This document shows, one piece after another, positions 19,136-28,563 of a stretch of 64,000 nucleotides of DNA. Both the position numbers and the translations under genes were made by a program. The stretch comes from an uncultured Desulfuromonadaceae bacterium (lineage in GTDB: Bacteria; SDB-A). Location of the stretch: assembly GCA_964397545.1 (NCBI GenBank), contig CAYNIW010000008.1, forward strand, positions 5,478 to 69,477, written 5' to 3'. The first letter of the stretch is position 1; every line of letters starts with the position of its first letter. Under the pieces are notes generated by a model. The model did not search any database and had not been told where the DNA came from. It saw nothing but the letters and a program-made list of their open reading frames with translations.

Positions 19136-20695
19136 ATGCCCTCCAAATACAAAATAATATGGATTGACGACGAGGTAGAGTTGTTTGAACCTCACGTGAG
19201 GCTTCTCAACAAGCAGAATTACGAAGTAAAAACAGCGAATAACGGCTATGACGCGGTCTCAATGATTGAGAAAGAATCATTTGATCTCGTCTTTCTCGAC
19301 GTGATGATGCCGGGAAAAGACGGCATTAGCGTCCTCGACGACATAAAAAGCATCAAGCCGGCTCTTCCCGTTGTCATGATAACAAAGAGCGAGGACGAAA
19401 TAACAGTCGAAGAAAGCATAGCATTAAAAGCAGATGATTACGTAGTAAAACCGGTTCAACCGAGTCAGCTTATCGCAGTCTGCAAAAAATTTCTCGAAAG
19501 AGGAAGGCTTATAGACACGAGGATTCCTCCGAGATACACGGAAGAATTGAAGTCGTTTAAAACGAATTTCGAAAGTGACGATCCCAAGATTTGGATTGAA
19601 ACCGCGAAAAAAATAAACTCGTGGACATTGAGGCTTCTCGAAAGTTCCGATTCAATGCTTCGTGAGGTACATAACGACATAAGGAAGGAAGCTGACCTTT
19701 CCTTCTCTTCTTTTCTTCAGCGCCGTTACTCTGAGATGATAAATGAGGATGATTTGCCTGTATTTTCGCATAGTTTCCTCAAAAAAATCTTGTTGCCGCT
19801 TTTTGACGAAAAGCATCCGATCCTTTTTGTCATAATAGACTGCATGCGTTCGGACCAATGGACGGAGATATCGAAATTCCTCGAAAAGAGCTTTTCTATC
19901 AGCTCTTCTTACTACTACTCGATAATACCGTCAGCTACGCCTTACTCGAGAAATTCAATTTTCTCAGGAATGACTCCGGATTCAACCGTGTCCAAATTTC
20001 CCGAGTTTTTAAGCATTCTCGAACAACCTCATCAGAACAAATTCGAAAAAGATTTCCTTTTATCATTTTTCAGAAAAGTAAAAGGGGTCAACGACAGCGA
20101 TATAATTTATAAAAAGATACTTAACAAAACAGGCGAGCTTTCTCTTCTTTCTGAGATTGAAAAAATGTCTTCGTTTCTATTTGCGGCTGTCGTCGTAGAT
20201 TTTGTGGATATTCTGTCCCATTCAACTTCGAGAAACCCCATTCTCGAAGAAATGATTCACGATGAAATAGCTCTCAAGAAAGCCGCCATTACCTGGTTCG
20301 ACAATTCGCCTGTGATGAAAACACTCGTTAAAGCCGGTGAACTTGGCATGACCGTCGTGATTACAACCGACCACGGATCAGTTCAAGTTAAAACGCCGGC
20401 CATTCTCAAAAACGCTCAGGGCGATGTTTCGGCGAACCTGCGGTATAAATACGGAGAGAAACTGAATGTCATTGACAAACACAGGGAAAGGGCTGTGGTC
20501 ATAACCGATCCGAAATCATGGGGTCTTCCCTCTCACGGACACAAATACAATTATGTAATTTCCACTCATGATTCTTTCCTCGTGTATCCCACAAATCCTG
20601 AACAATACACGAAAGACTATATGAACACGTTCCAGCACGGCGGAATATCGCTCGATGAAGTAATAATACCATACGCAGTTCTGAAACCCAGATAA
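19136..20695 (+). CDS. Response regulator with an N-terminal CheY-like receiver fused to a PglZ (alkaline-phosphatase-superfamily) domain
   Basis: REC: IIWIDDE...DLVFLDVMMPGKDG...DDYVVKP. C-terminal FVIIDCMRSDQ and VVITTDHGSV resemble the PglZ DGLR.D / TADHG metal-site motifs. Confidence 0.6.
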   Translation: MPSKYKIIWIDDEVELFEPHVRLLNKQNYEVKTANNGYDAVSMIEKESFDLVFLDVMMPGKDGISVLDDIKSIKPALPVVMITKSEDEITVEESIALKADDYVVKPVQPSQLIAVCKKFLERGRLIDTRIPPRYTEELKSFKTNFESDDPKIWIETAKKINSWTLRLLESSDSMLREVHNDIRKEADLSFSSFLQRRYSEMINEDDLPVFSHSFLKKILLPLFDEKHPILFVIIDCMRSDQWTEISKFLEKSFSISSSYYYSIIPSATPYSRNSIFSGMTPDSTVSKFPEFLSILEQPHQNKFEKDFLLSFFRKVKGVNDSDIIYKKILNKTGELSLLSEIEKMSSFLFAAVVVDFVDILSHSTSRNPILEEMIHDEIALKKAAITWFDNSPVMKTLVKAGELGMTVVITTDHGSVQVKTPAILKNAQGDVSANLRYKYGEKLNVIDKHRERAVVITDPKSWGLPSHGHKYNYVISTHDSFLVYPTNPEQYTKDYMNTFQHGGISLDEVIIPYAVLKPR

Positions 20696-20700
20696 ACCGG

Positions 20701-20967
20701 TTATTTACTCTGAGAAACTTTCAGTATAATACCGTCTTCGTCAATAGTCACTCTTGTCACTTTTTGAGATAAAGAATCGCCAAACGAAACATTTTTTCTG
20801 AATGTGAAAACTTTCATTATTTTCGGAGCTTTTTTTGGAAAACTGACTCCGAGTTTTTCTGCGAGTTTTTTGTCAGGCGAGCTCTCGACGGTTTTGATGT
20901 CCCGCTCCGCGGATGCAAGATCGGGAAATTTTTCAATAATTTTTTTCAGAAGTTCTTCGTCTTTCAT
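20701..20967 (-). CDS. Hypothetical small protein (88 aa), co-transcribed downstream of the clan-CD peptidase-like gene
   Basis: ORF only; no motif recognised. Confidence 0.3.
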   Translation of the reverse strand: MKDEELLKKIIEKFPDLASAERDIKTVESSPDKKLAEKLGVSFPKKAPKIMKVFTFRKNVSFGDSLSQKVTRVTIDEDGIILKVSQSK

Positions 20968-20980
20968 ATTTTCTCCGTGT

Positions 20981-21991
20981 TCATTTTAATGTTAAAAATG
21001 TTTCCGCAAAACCGTAAACGACAAATTGCAGCAATGTTTTTTTGTCGTCTTCATCGAGAAATCCCTGCTGTCTGATCATTTTCCTTGAAAAATCGACCTT
21101 CGCGTTTTTGAGAGCCTGGGCGGCGGGAAATCCCCTCAGCATATATTGTAAAAAATATTTCACGATAAGGTCTGCTTCCTGGTTTGGAGGGCTGTAAGGT
21201 CCGTATGAAATTGTAGTGGAGCCGACGAAAATCTGAACTCCTTTCTTGAGAAAAGCAACCGGTATGCTGTCGTCTTTTCCCCTCTTGTTCAAAAGTCCCC
21301 CGTAACAAGCTTCTGATACCACACAACTTTTGTCGGCTGTTATAATATCCGAAGAAGAAAGAAGCAGCGGATATTCGTAGGTCCCCTGACCGAACCATAG
21401 AGCTCTTTTTTTGTCCCCGTGAACATTAAAATAGAGCAGGCTGTTGTCGGCAGACAATATATCTTCGCCTAAATTACCTCTTTTTGCCGGCGGAGACAGA
21501 ATCAGAGGGGCTTCGGGAGACAATACGGCATAAACTTCAGCAGAAGCTTTTTCCCAAACTTCCGCTGAAATTCCCCTTATTTTTATCACCGACACTTTGT
21601 CAGCTGAATTTTGTATGAAATAGGGCAGAAAATCCGGATTGCTTTTGTCACTTGGTATCCTTGAAACCGGAAAATCCGGAACGAGGAATTCCTCCTCCAG
21701 GCATCCGTAAGGGTTATCGGATAAAACGCAGGTATCCGCGTCAGAAGCGGGATTTTCAAGCTTGAAAAAAGGGATGCATTCGTCATCTCCCACAAGGGTT
21801 AAGTTGTCCTTGCGCGTCAGGACATTTTTCAAAATTCCCGCTCGGAGTTCTTCCGGGCTGAAATTCGCTTTTCCGGCTATTTCTTCCGCGATGAAAACCT
21901 CGCCTCGCTCACAAAGGTTATCTGAGACACAAAAGGCGTCAATACCCTGTTTTTTCAATTTTTCCAGAGATAAAACAAATGAGTTCGCCAC
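20981..21991 (-). CDS. Clan CD cysteine-peptidase-like protein (caspase/legumain/gingipain-type His-Cys dyad), cytoplasmic
   Basis: YFNVHGDKKRALWFG (His-Gly) is followed ~45 aa later by SEACYGG, matching the QACxG / EACESG clan-CD catalytic Cys context. No signal peptide. Confidence 0.35.
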   Translation of the reverse strand: MANSFVLSLEKLKKQGIDAFCVSDNLCERGEVFIAEEIAGKANFSPEELRAGILKNVLTRKDNLTLVGDDECIPFFKLENPASDADTCVLSDNPYGCLEEEFLVPDFPVSRIPSDKSNPDFLPYFIQNSADKVSVIKIRGISAEVWEKASAEVYAVLSPEAPLILSPPAKRGNLGEDILSADNSLLYFNVHGDKKRALWFGQGTYEYPLLLSSSDIITADKSCVVSEACYGGLLNKRGKDDSIPVAFLKKGVQIFVGSTTISYGPYSPPNQEADLIVKYFLQYMLRGFPAAQALKNAKVDFSRKMIRQQGFLDEDDKKTLLQFVVYGFAETFLTLK

Positions 21992-22058
21992 TTTATTTTC
22001 TACTCTCGTAAAGTTATAATTAATTTTACAAAAGCGCTTAAAAATAGTAAATGATAAA

Positions 22059-22853
22059 ATGTCAGTAAATCACAGAGGAGAGACTTTGAAAAAGAGCATC
22101 ATTTTTTCTTTTATTCTTTGGCTTTTTTCTTTTTCAGGCAGATCCATAACCCTGCCTGACGGAGCGCAGAACACCGACAGAAAATATTTTTATGAATACT
22201 GGGGCTCTCTTTTCCTCCACACTGAGATTGGCAATATACACATAATCAGCGACGATACTCTCTTTATTGAAACAGTGAAAACCGTCCGTGGAGTATCGCC
22301 GGAATCCGCTCTCGTTCTGCTGGATCTTATCAGGACAGAAACAGACACTTCCTCAGGTATATTGAACTGCTCTTTCTATGGGCCCGGAGACGATTTTCCT
22401 GAAGCAATCGACTGGCAGGTTGATTTTATATGCCATGTCCTCCCTGACATGAACCTGAACCTTTATTCCGGAACGGGCAATATCGACGTTCACGAAATGT
22501 TCGGCAGGGTCTCATGCAATGTCGGAACAGGAAATATAAATATGGCCGGAGGGAACGGAACCGTAGAGTTGAAGATGGACACAGGCAACATAAACCTCAG
22601 ATGGAGCCTGAAAAACACCGACGCTCTTCTCGTAAAGGGAAATACAGGCAACATTACCCTTCTTCTTCCTTTATCCCTTTCGGCTCAGTTGACTGTCAAA
22701 CTCCCTTCGGGGAATTTTTCGATATCGGGTTTCGAGGAAGTTCTCACCAATTCATCTTCCGAACACGGAATGTATGTTTATACTTTGAAGGAAGGCGGTT
22801 CAAAAATCGACGTCGAGAACCTTCAGGGAAATATAACCATTCTGGGATACTGA
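22059..22853 (+). CDS. Secreted DUF4097-like (putative adhesin, beta-strand repeat) protein
   Basis: Signal peptide. Repeated GTGNIxV / NTGNIxL / DTGNINL strands. Confidence 0.5.
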   Translation: MSVNHRGETLKKSIIFSFILWLFSFSGRSITLPDGAQNTDRKYFYEYWGSLFLHTEIGNIHIISDDTLFIETVKTVRGVSPESALVLLDLIRTETDTSSGILNCSFYGPGDDFPEAIDWQVDFICHVLPDMNLNLYSGTGNIDVHEMFGRVSCNVGTGNINMAGGNGTVELKMDTGNINLRWSLKNTDALLVKGNTGNITLLLPLSLSAQLTVKLPSGNFSISGFEEVLTNSSSEHGMYVYTLKEGGSKIDVENLQGNITILGY

Positions 22854-22855
22854 TT

Positions 22856-23848
22856 TTGAAGTTTCCAAAGGGCAATCTCATCATAGAAAATACCAAGCTG
22901 AGCTTTGTCGATTTCGACAAGGTCCTGAACGCCTCCAAACAGGAGAGAGCCTACAAGATATCCGGTTACATTTCCATAATCTATCCTGAATCGATTGACC
23001 TTCTTCTCGTGAAAAACGGCGAACCGTATAACGCGATTACTTTTACTCACGATAAAAAATCAGTAATTGGAATTTCGGAAGTCATTGAAAGAGCAAAAAA
23101 ATCAGTTATGGGCATTGTCAATTTTTATGAAGTCCCCGAGGAGCTTCTGCTGTTCATCCTGATATCCGCCACAAGGAAGCCGGTGTTCAGCGCACTCGGT
23201 TGGGAAAAAATTGAAAAAATAATCAGCAACAAAGAAACCCTCATTTCAAAATTCTATTCAATAAATTTCACCGGATTTTTGGAATTCGTCTGCGACATCG
23301 ACCATAATTATCTAAAAATAATCAACGGGGAAATAGTAAAAGGTTATTACGCCTCAAAACTTACAAATCAGGCCAGCTGGCCTGAATTTATCATGCTCCT
23401 CGAAGAATACTTCACTAAAAGAAAAGGAAACATTCGTATAGAAGGATACCTGTGCAAGACCGACGACAAAGAAGTTCAGGCTTCTCCGGCTCAAATCGCT
23501 CTTTTTTTTAACGCGATAAACAGCACTTTCTCGAAATTTTCCGACGTGCTCGGTAAAACAATAGTCGAAAACACCGCCTTGACAAGCTATAACAGGATAA
23601 AAGAACAGTTCAGTTTCATGGAAAATTCTGATTTTAAAAACCTGACTGTTGAAGGGTCCATTGTAACGACTCCGCAGGAACTCGTGAGGACATTCGCTGC
23701 GTGGTTCGACCTTATAAAGACTTCTTTTTCCTCCATTATCGGCGATACAGAATCTGAAAATTTCATACAGCAGGCGATACATGAATACAGGTTCGCTCTC
23801 AAATCCATAGGCTTCTTCGAAAAAAGCAGCCTTTCATTCAAAGAATGA
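22856..23848 (+). CDS. Hypothetical protein, start uncertain; the ORF-track start at 22514 overlaps the previous gene
   Basis: Long ORF continuing after the DUF4097 stop in another frame. Possible TTG start at 22856. No recognisable domain. Confidence 0.4.
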   Translation: MKFPKGNLIIENTKLSFVDFDKVLNASKQERAYKISGYISIIYPESIDLLLVKNGEPYNAITFTHDKKSVIGISEVIERAKKSVMGIVNFYEVPEELLLFILISATRKPVFSALGWEKIEKIISNKETLISKFYSINFTGFLEFVCDIDHNYLKIINGEIVKGYYASKLTNQASWPEFIMLLEEYFTKRKGNIRIEGYLCKTDDKEVQASPAQIALFFNAINSTFSKFSDVLGKTIVENTALTSYNRIKEQFSFMENSDFKNLTVEGSIVTTPQELVRTFAAWFDLIKTSFSSIIGDTESENFIQQAIHEYRFALKSIGFFEKSSLSFKE

Positions 23849-24525
23849 AATCCGGTTCTCTCTACGTAGTATCAACTCCTATCGGAAACCTCGAAGACAT
23901 AACATTTCGAGCGGTGAGAATTTTGTCTGAAGTCGATATTATCGCCTGCGAAGACACGAGAAGAACTTTTCTGCTTATGCAGAAATACGGCATTAAAAAT
24001 AAAACAATCTCTTACAACGAAAACAACAAGAACTTCAGGACTCCTAAACTCATTTCGCTAATACGGAATTCTCTTTCCATCGCCCTTGTCAGCGATGCAG
24101 GGACTCCGGTAGTATCAGATCCGGGGCAGACTCTCATCCAAAAATGCATAGAATACGGCATTAGAGTAGTTCCCGTTCCAGGACCTTCGAGCGCGGTTTG
24201 CGCTGTTTCGGTTTCGGGTTTCAGGGCGGAGGAATTTCTTTTTCTCGGTTTTCTGCCGAAAAAAAAATCCAAAAGAACGAAAAAACTCATTTGGGCGTTT
24301 CAGACGGGGATTCCCTCTGTGCTCTATGAATCCCCTCAAAGGCTGGCGAGGACTCTTTCGGAGATATCCGAACAAGAACCTAAGAGATGTCTTTCTGTGG
24401 CGAGAGAGATGACGAAAATAAACGAGGAATTCAGGTTCGGTTCAGCTGAAAAATTAGCCGAAGAATTTTCAGGGAAAACAGTCAAGGGAGAGATTGTAGT
24501 GGTGATTGGCGGAAAAGAAACATGA
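23845..24525 (+). CDS. rsmI: 16S rRNA (cytidine1402-2'-O)-methyltransferase RsmI (tetrapyrrole-methylase fold)
   Basis: LYVVSTPIGNLEDITFRAVRIL...ACEDTRRT. Confidence 0.85.
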   Translation: MKSGSLYVVSTPIGNLEDITFRAVRILSEVDIIACEDTRRTFLLMQKYGIKNKTISYNENNKNFRTPKLISLIRNSLSIALVSDAGTPVVSDPGQTLIQKCIEYGIRVVPVPGPSSAVCAVSVSGFRAEEFLFLGFLPKKKSKRTKKLIWAFQTGIPSVLYESPQRLARTLSEISEQEPKRCLSVAREMTKINEEFRFGSAEKLAEEFSGKTVKGEIVVVIGGKET

Positions 24526-25151
24526 TACCGGAAAAAGCAGTTTCTCTATTCAGAAAAACAGTAAGACCTGCTGTCGTCTTTTTTCAAAAAACAGGATTTT
24601 CCCCCGATTCACTCACAGTTTTAGGACTTCTTTTAACTTTTGTCTCATCTTTTTTTATCGCCACGGGCAATTTTTTGGCAGGAGGTCTTATTCTTCTTTT
24701 TTCAGGCCTTTTCGACACTCTCGACGGTGAACTTGCGAGAATCTCATCAAGGGTTTCTCCGAGAGGGGCGTTTCTCGATTCTACACTCGACAGAATTAGC
24801 GAATTCACGTCTCTCGGAGCATTCGCATACTGGGCTCTCTTCACTGACAAGGGTTCTTTCAGCGCCGGATTCGCTGATAAAAATACTTTTGTTTTAATGT
24901 TATTTATAGTATTATTTGGCTCATTGCTGACAAGTTACCTGAGGGCGCGAGCGGAAGGCCTCGGAAATAAAGCCAGACAAGGTTTTTTTGCCAGGCCCGA
25001 GAGGGTTGTTTCGACTGCATTGATAGCGATAATCGGCAAGAAGTACTTTTTTTGGGGCTTTGCGGTTCTTCTCCTTCTCGTCAGCGCCACTTGTATTCAA
25101 AGGTTTTTCGTTATATGGAAGAATTTTTCAGGAGGTAAAGATGGCAGATAA
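24522..25151 (+). CDS. CDP-alcohol phosphatidyltransferase (candidate phosphatidylinositol-phosphate synthase)
   Basis: [30 protein letters not shown] is the D-G-x2-A-R-x8-G-x3-D-x3-D motif. Multi-TM. It overlaps the start of the MIPS gene. Confidence 0.75.
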   Translation: MIPEKAVSLFRKTVRPAVVFFQKTGFSPDSLTVLGLLLTFVSSFFIATGNFLAGGLILLFSGLFDTLDGELARISSRVSPRGAFLDSTLDRISEFTSLGAFAYWALFTDKGSFSAGFADKNTFVLMLFIVLFGSLLTSYLRARAEGLGNKARQGFFARPERVVSTALIAIIGKKYFFWGFAVLLLLVSATCIQRFFVIWKNFSGGKDGR

Positions 25152-26274
25152 GAAAGTCAGAGTTGGTATCATAGGAGTAGGCAATTGCGCTTCTTCTTTG
25201 GTTCAGGGCGTATATTATTACAGAAACGCCCGGGAGAAAGATTCGATTCCAGGTATCATGCACGTCAATCTCGGCGGATATCATATCCGCGACGTGGAGT
25301 TTTCCTGTGCGTTCGACGTTGTTGAAGGAAAAGTCGGGAAAGACCTCTCTCAAGCCATTTTCGCCTTCCCGAACAACACATTTAAGTTTACCGATGTTCC
25401 AAATCTCGGCGTTAAAGTTCACAGAGGCATGACTCATGACGGTATAGGAAAATATCTCAAGGATATGGTTAAAAAAGCCCCGGGCCCTTCCGACGACGTT
25501 CAGAAAATAATCAAAGACACGGGGACGGATGTTGTAATAAACTACCTGCCTGTAGGCTCTGAAGAAGCCACTAAATGGTATGTGGAGCAAATACTCGCCG
25601 CGGGGGCGGGAATGGTCAACGCGATACCGGTATTCATAGCCACCTCAGAGTATTGGTCAAAAAGATTCATAGAAGCGGGACAGCCGATAATAGGCGACGA
25701 CATAAAGAGCCAGGTTGGAGCGACCATTACACACAGAGTCCTCACTCAGCTGTTCATCGACAGAGCCGTTAAGCTCGAAAAGACCTACCAGCTCAATGTC
25801 GGGGGCAATACCGACTTTCTGAATATGCTCGAGAGGGAGAGGCTCGAATCCAAAAAAATCTCCAAAACGCAAGCCGTCACTTCTCTCCTGCCTTTCAAGA
25901 TGAACGAAGAAGACATTCATATTGGCCCTTCGGACTATATTCCATGGCTCAAAGACAGGAAATGGTGCTACATAAGAATGGAGGGTAAAACTTTCGGTGA
26001 TGTCCCCTTGAACCTCGAAGCCAAACTTGAGGTATGGGACTCTCCGAATTCGGCCGGTGTCATCATAGACGCCGTGAGATGCATCAAACTCGCCAAAGAC
26101 AACAACATTTCAGGTCCTCTTACCGAACCCGCTTCCTATTTCATGAAATCCCCTCCGAAACAGTATCCAGACAGTATTTGCAGAGACAAAACCGAGGATT
26201 TCATAAGAAAACTTTCATCTAAAACACCCAAAGAGAAAAAACCGGAAAAACACACAGGTAAAAGTAAAAAGTAA
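25141..26274 (+). CDS. myo-Inositol-1-phosphate synthase
   Basis: [27 protein letters not shown]-binding N-terminus. NYLPVGSE...GDDIKSQ...LNVGGNTDF are MIPS signatures. AGGAGG RBS before 25141. Confidence 0.85.
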   Translation: MADKKVRVGIIGVGNCASSLVQGVYYYRNAREKDSIPGIMHVNLGGYHIRDVEFSCAFDVVEGKVGKDLSQAIFAFPNNTFKFTDVPNLGVKVHRGMTHDGIGKYLKDMVKKAPGPSDDVQKIIKDTGTDVVINYLPVGSEEATKWYVEQILAAGAGMVNAIPVFIATSEYWSKRFIEAGQPIIGDDIKSQVGATITHRVLTQLFIDRAVKLEKTYQLNVGGNTDFLNMLERERLESKKISKTQAVTSLLPFKMNEEDIHIGPSDYIPWLKDRKWCYIRMEGKTFGDVPLNLEAKLEVWDSPNSAGVIIDAVRCIKLAKDNNISGPLTEPASYFMKSPPKQYPDSICRDKTEDFIRKLSSKTPKEKKPEKHTGKSKK

Positions 26275-26281
26275 AAAGCAT

Positions 26282-26896
26282 ATGCCTCTTTTCATATCCT
26301 TTGAGGGCGTCGAAGGCAGTGGTAAAACGACGCAGATAGAACTCCTAAAAGCATATCTGACAGAAAAAAACAGGGCTTTTACCGTTACATTCGAGCCGGG
26401 AGGGACTGAAGTAGGAAAAAAAATCCGCGATATCCTGCTTCAGAACAAATTAAACATATCGGCATACACAGAGCTTTTTCTATATCTTGCCAGCAGAGTC
26501 GAAAACACAGAAAACATTATCATTCCTTCACTCGAATCGAACAAGATAGTTATATCCGACAGATACGCGGATTCAACCATTGCATATCAAGTGTTCGGAA
26601 GGGGACTCCCTGAAACTCTCGTAAATGAACTCAACACTATAGCAACAAGCGGAATTAATCCGAACATCACTTTCCTTCTCGATTTCGAACCTGAATGCGG
26701 TCTGGAGAGGAAGGGCTTTAAAAAAGACAGGATAGAAAAAGAAAACATCGAATTTCACATCCGCGTCCGCGGAGGATACAGAACTCTGGCGAGGAAACAC
26801 CCTGACAGAATAATTTTGTTAGACGCCAAGCTCTCGCAGGATGAAATACACCGTATGATAGCGGACAGAGTTCAAAAACATCTTGACAATATATAA
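26282..26896 (+). CDS. tmk: Thymidylate kinase
   Basis: FISFEGVEGSGKTTQ P-loop and DRY motif. Confidence 0.9.
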   Translation: MPLFISFEGVEGSGKTTQIELLKAYLTEKNRAFTVTFEPGGTEVGKKIRDILLQNKLNISAYTELFLYLASRVENTENIIIPSLESNKIVISDRYADSTIAYQVFGRGLPETLVNELNTIATSGINPNITFLLDFEPECGLERKGFKKDRIEKENIEFHIRVRGGYRTLARKHPDRIILLDAKLSQDEIHRMIADRVQKHLDNI

Positions 26897-26931
26897 ATAT
26901 GAATAAAACAGAAAATTCAAGGGGGATCCGC

Positions 26932-28563
26932 ATGTCTAAAAGACAATTGTTCCTTATTATCTTTCTGAGTTCATTCCTCAGTTCAATATTCGGAGCTTCA
27001 CTTTGCCTTTTCGCCAAAAGCACGAATTATCCTCCCCGGACAATCCGTGAAGAACTCGAATTTTTCTCGCAGTCGCTCGACATTATAATGTCCAACTACG
27101 TCACGGACATTGAAGTCGGCGAGCTTATCGAATCGTCTGTAAAAGGCATGCTCGAAAGGCTCGATCCATACAGCGTTTACTTCGATTCAGTCGAGTTCGC
27201 GAGAATGCAGGAAAACACATCAGGAAATTTCGGCGGGCTCGGGATTGAAATAGGTATAAGAGGAACTGTTCTCACGGTGATTGCTCCCATGGACAACACA
27301 CCCGCTGAGAGAGCGGGTCTTGTAGCCGGCGATCAAATCCTCGAAATTGACGGAGAATCCACGCAGGATATCACCACTGAAGAGGCGGTGAACAAACTCC
27401 GGGGTGTTCCTGGCACACAGGTAAAAATCAGAATATTGCACCCGGGTCAGTCCGAGCCGGTGGATATCACTATTACAAGGGAAATAATACATCTCAAATC
27501 TGTTCCTTACGCCGAAATAATCCCTGGCACGGATATCGGCTACATACGCCTTTCAAGTTTTTATTCCGACGCCGGCAGAGAAATGTATGACGCCGTCAAA
27601 ACTCTTTCGGAAAACGGCGCGAAAAAATTCATCCTCGACCTCCGCGGCAACCCCGGAGGGCTTCTGAGAGAGGCTATAGATATCTCGAACATATTCCTTC
27701 CCAAGGGTTCAACGATTGTTTCGACAAACGGAAGGGCAGGGAGAAACAGGTTCTTCTCTGAAAGGGAACCGCTGTCGCCGTCGAGTCCCTTGATAATTCT
27801 CGTGAATTTCAGCAGTGCTTCGGCTTCCGAGATAATCGGCGGCGCTATTCAGGATCACGACAGAGGATTAATAATGGGCTCCAGAACATACGGCAAGGGG
27901 TCTGTCCAGAGTATTTTCCCGCTATACAGAGGATCGAGGGGAGCCATTAAGCTGACTACCAGCAGATACTATACACCTTCCGGCAGGCTTATAGACGCAG
28001 GGCATTCCAGGACAAAAAGCCAAATCGAAAACAACATCTCTCTTGCCGATTCAGGCCCTTACGTCACAGTGGGTCCTCTTCGCAGGAATGTCTGGGGCGG
28101 AGGCGGAATATATCCGGATTTTCTGTTTTACTCATCATTGCTTTCAGAGGAAGAACTGAGCCTTATCAGAATGGGCATTTACTTTACTTTCGCCACTGAA
28201 TTCGCACTTGAAAACACCTCTGTTTCAAGAGATTTCGAACTATCCCGGTCTGATTTGGATAGATTTTTTTCTCTTGCGGCAGATTCGGGTATATATATAG
28301 ATGAATCAACTCCCGAAGAAATCAGAAAAAACATAATATCCCAGCTCAGAATAACAATAGCCACTTCTTCATTCGGCGCTGACGGCAGGTATTACGAATC
28401 ACTCAAGTCCGATGAAGCCGTTGAAGTAGCCGTAAAACTGCTCAAAGAAACCGGCTCTATGAGGGATATTTTCACGGTCGCGCAAAACCGTCTGGAATGG
28501 CAGAGAATAGACGAACGGGCGCTCGCTTACGAAGACAGCATCCGATCGATTATCGATGAATGA
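26932..28563 (+). CDS. Carboxy-terminal processing (tail-specific) protease, S41 family, with a PDZ domain
   Basis: PDZ (GLGIEIG...PAERAGL..GD.ILEIDG). S41 catalytic LDLRGNPGG...SASASE..GGA. Signal-like N-terminus. Confidence 0.8.
   Translation: MSKRQLFLIIFLSSFLSSIFGASLCLFAKSTNYPPRTIREELEFFSQSLDIIMSNYVTDIEVGELIESSVKGMLERLDPYSVYFDSVEFARMQENTSGNFGGLGIEIGIRGTVLTVIAPMDNTPAERAGLVAGDQILEIDGESTQDITTEEAVNKLRGVPGTQVKIRILHPGQSEPVDITITREIIHLKSVPYAEIIPGTDIGYIRLSSFYSDAGREMYDAVKTLSENGAKKFILDLRGNPGGLLREAIDISNIFLPKGSTIVSTNGRAGRNRFFSEREPLSPSSPLIILVNFSSASASEIIGGAIQDHDRGLIMGSRTYGKGSVQSIFPLYRGSRGAIKLTTSRYYTPSGRLIDAGHSRTKSQIENNISLADSGPYVTVGPLRRNVWGGGGIYPDFLFYSSLLSEEELSLIRMGIYFTFATEFALENTSVSRDFELSRSDLDRFFSLAADSGIYIDESTPEEIRKNIISQLRITIATSSFGADGRYYESLKSDEAVEVAVKLLKETGSMRDIFTVAQNRLEWQRIDERALAYEDSIRSIIDE

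Noticed and set aside
22514-22855. N-terminal 114 codons of the ORF-track 22514-23848 ORF
   Set aside because: This part overlaps the DUF4097 gene in another frame and encodes an Arg/Lys-rich low-complexity peptide. It is probably not translated, so I trimmed the CDS to start near 22856.
25060-25140. Upstream extension of the MIPS ORF (MRFFSFSS...)
   Set aside because: The ATG at 25141 has a perfect AGGAGG RBS and matches the conserved MIPS N-terminus. The extension overlaps the CDP-OH transferase.
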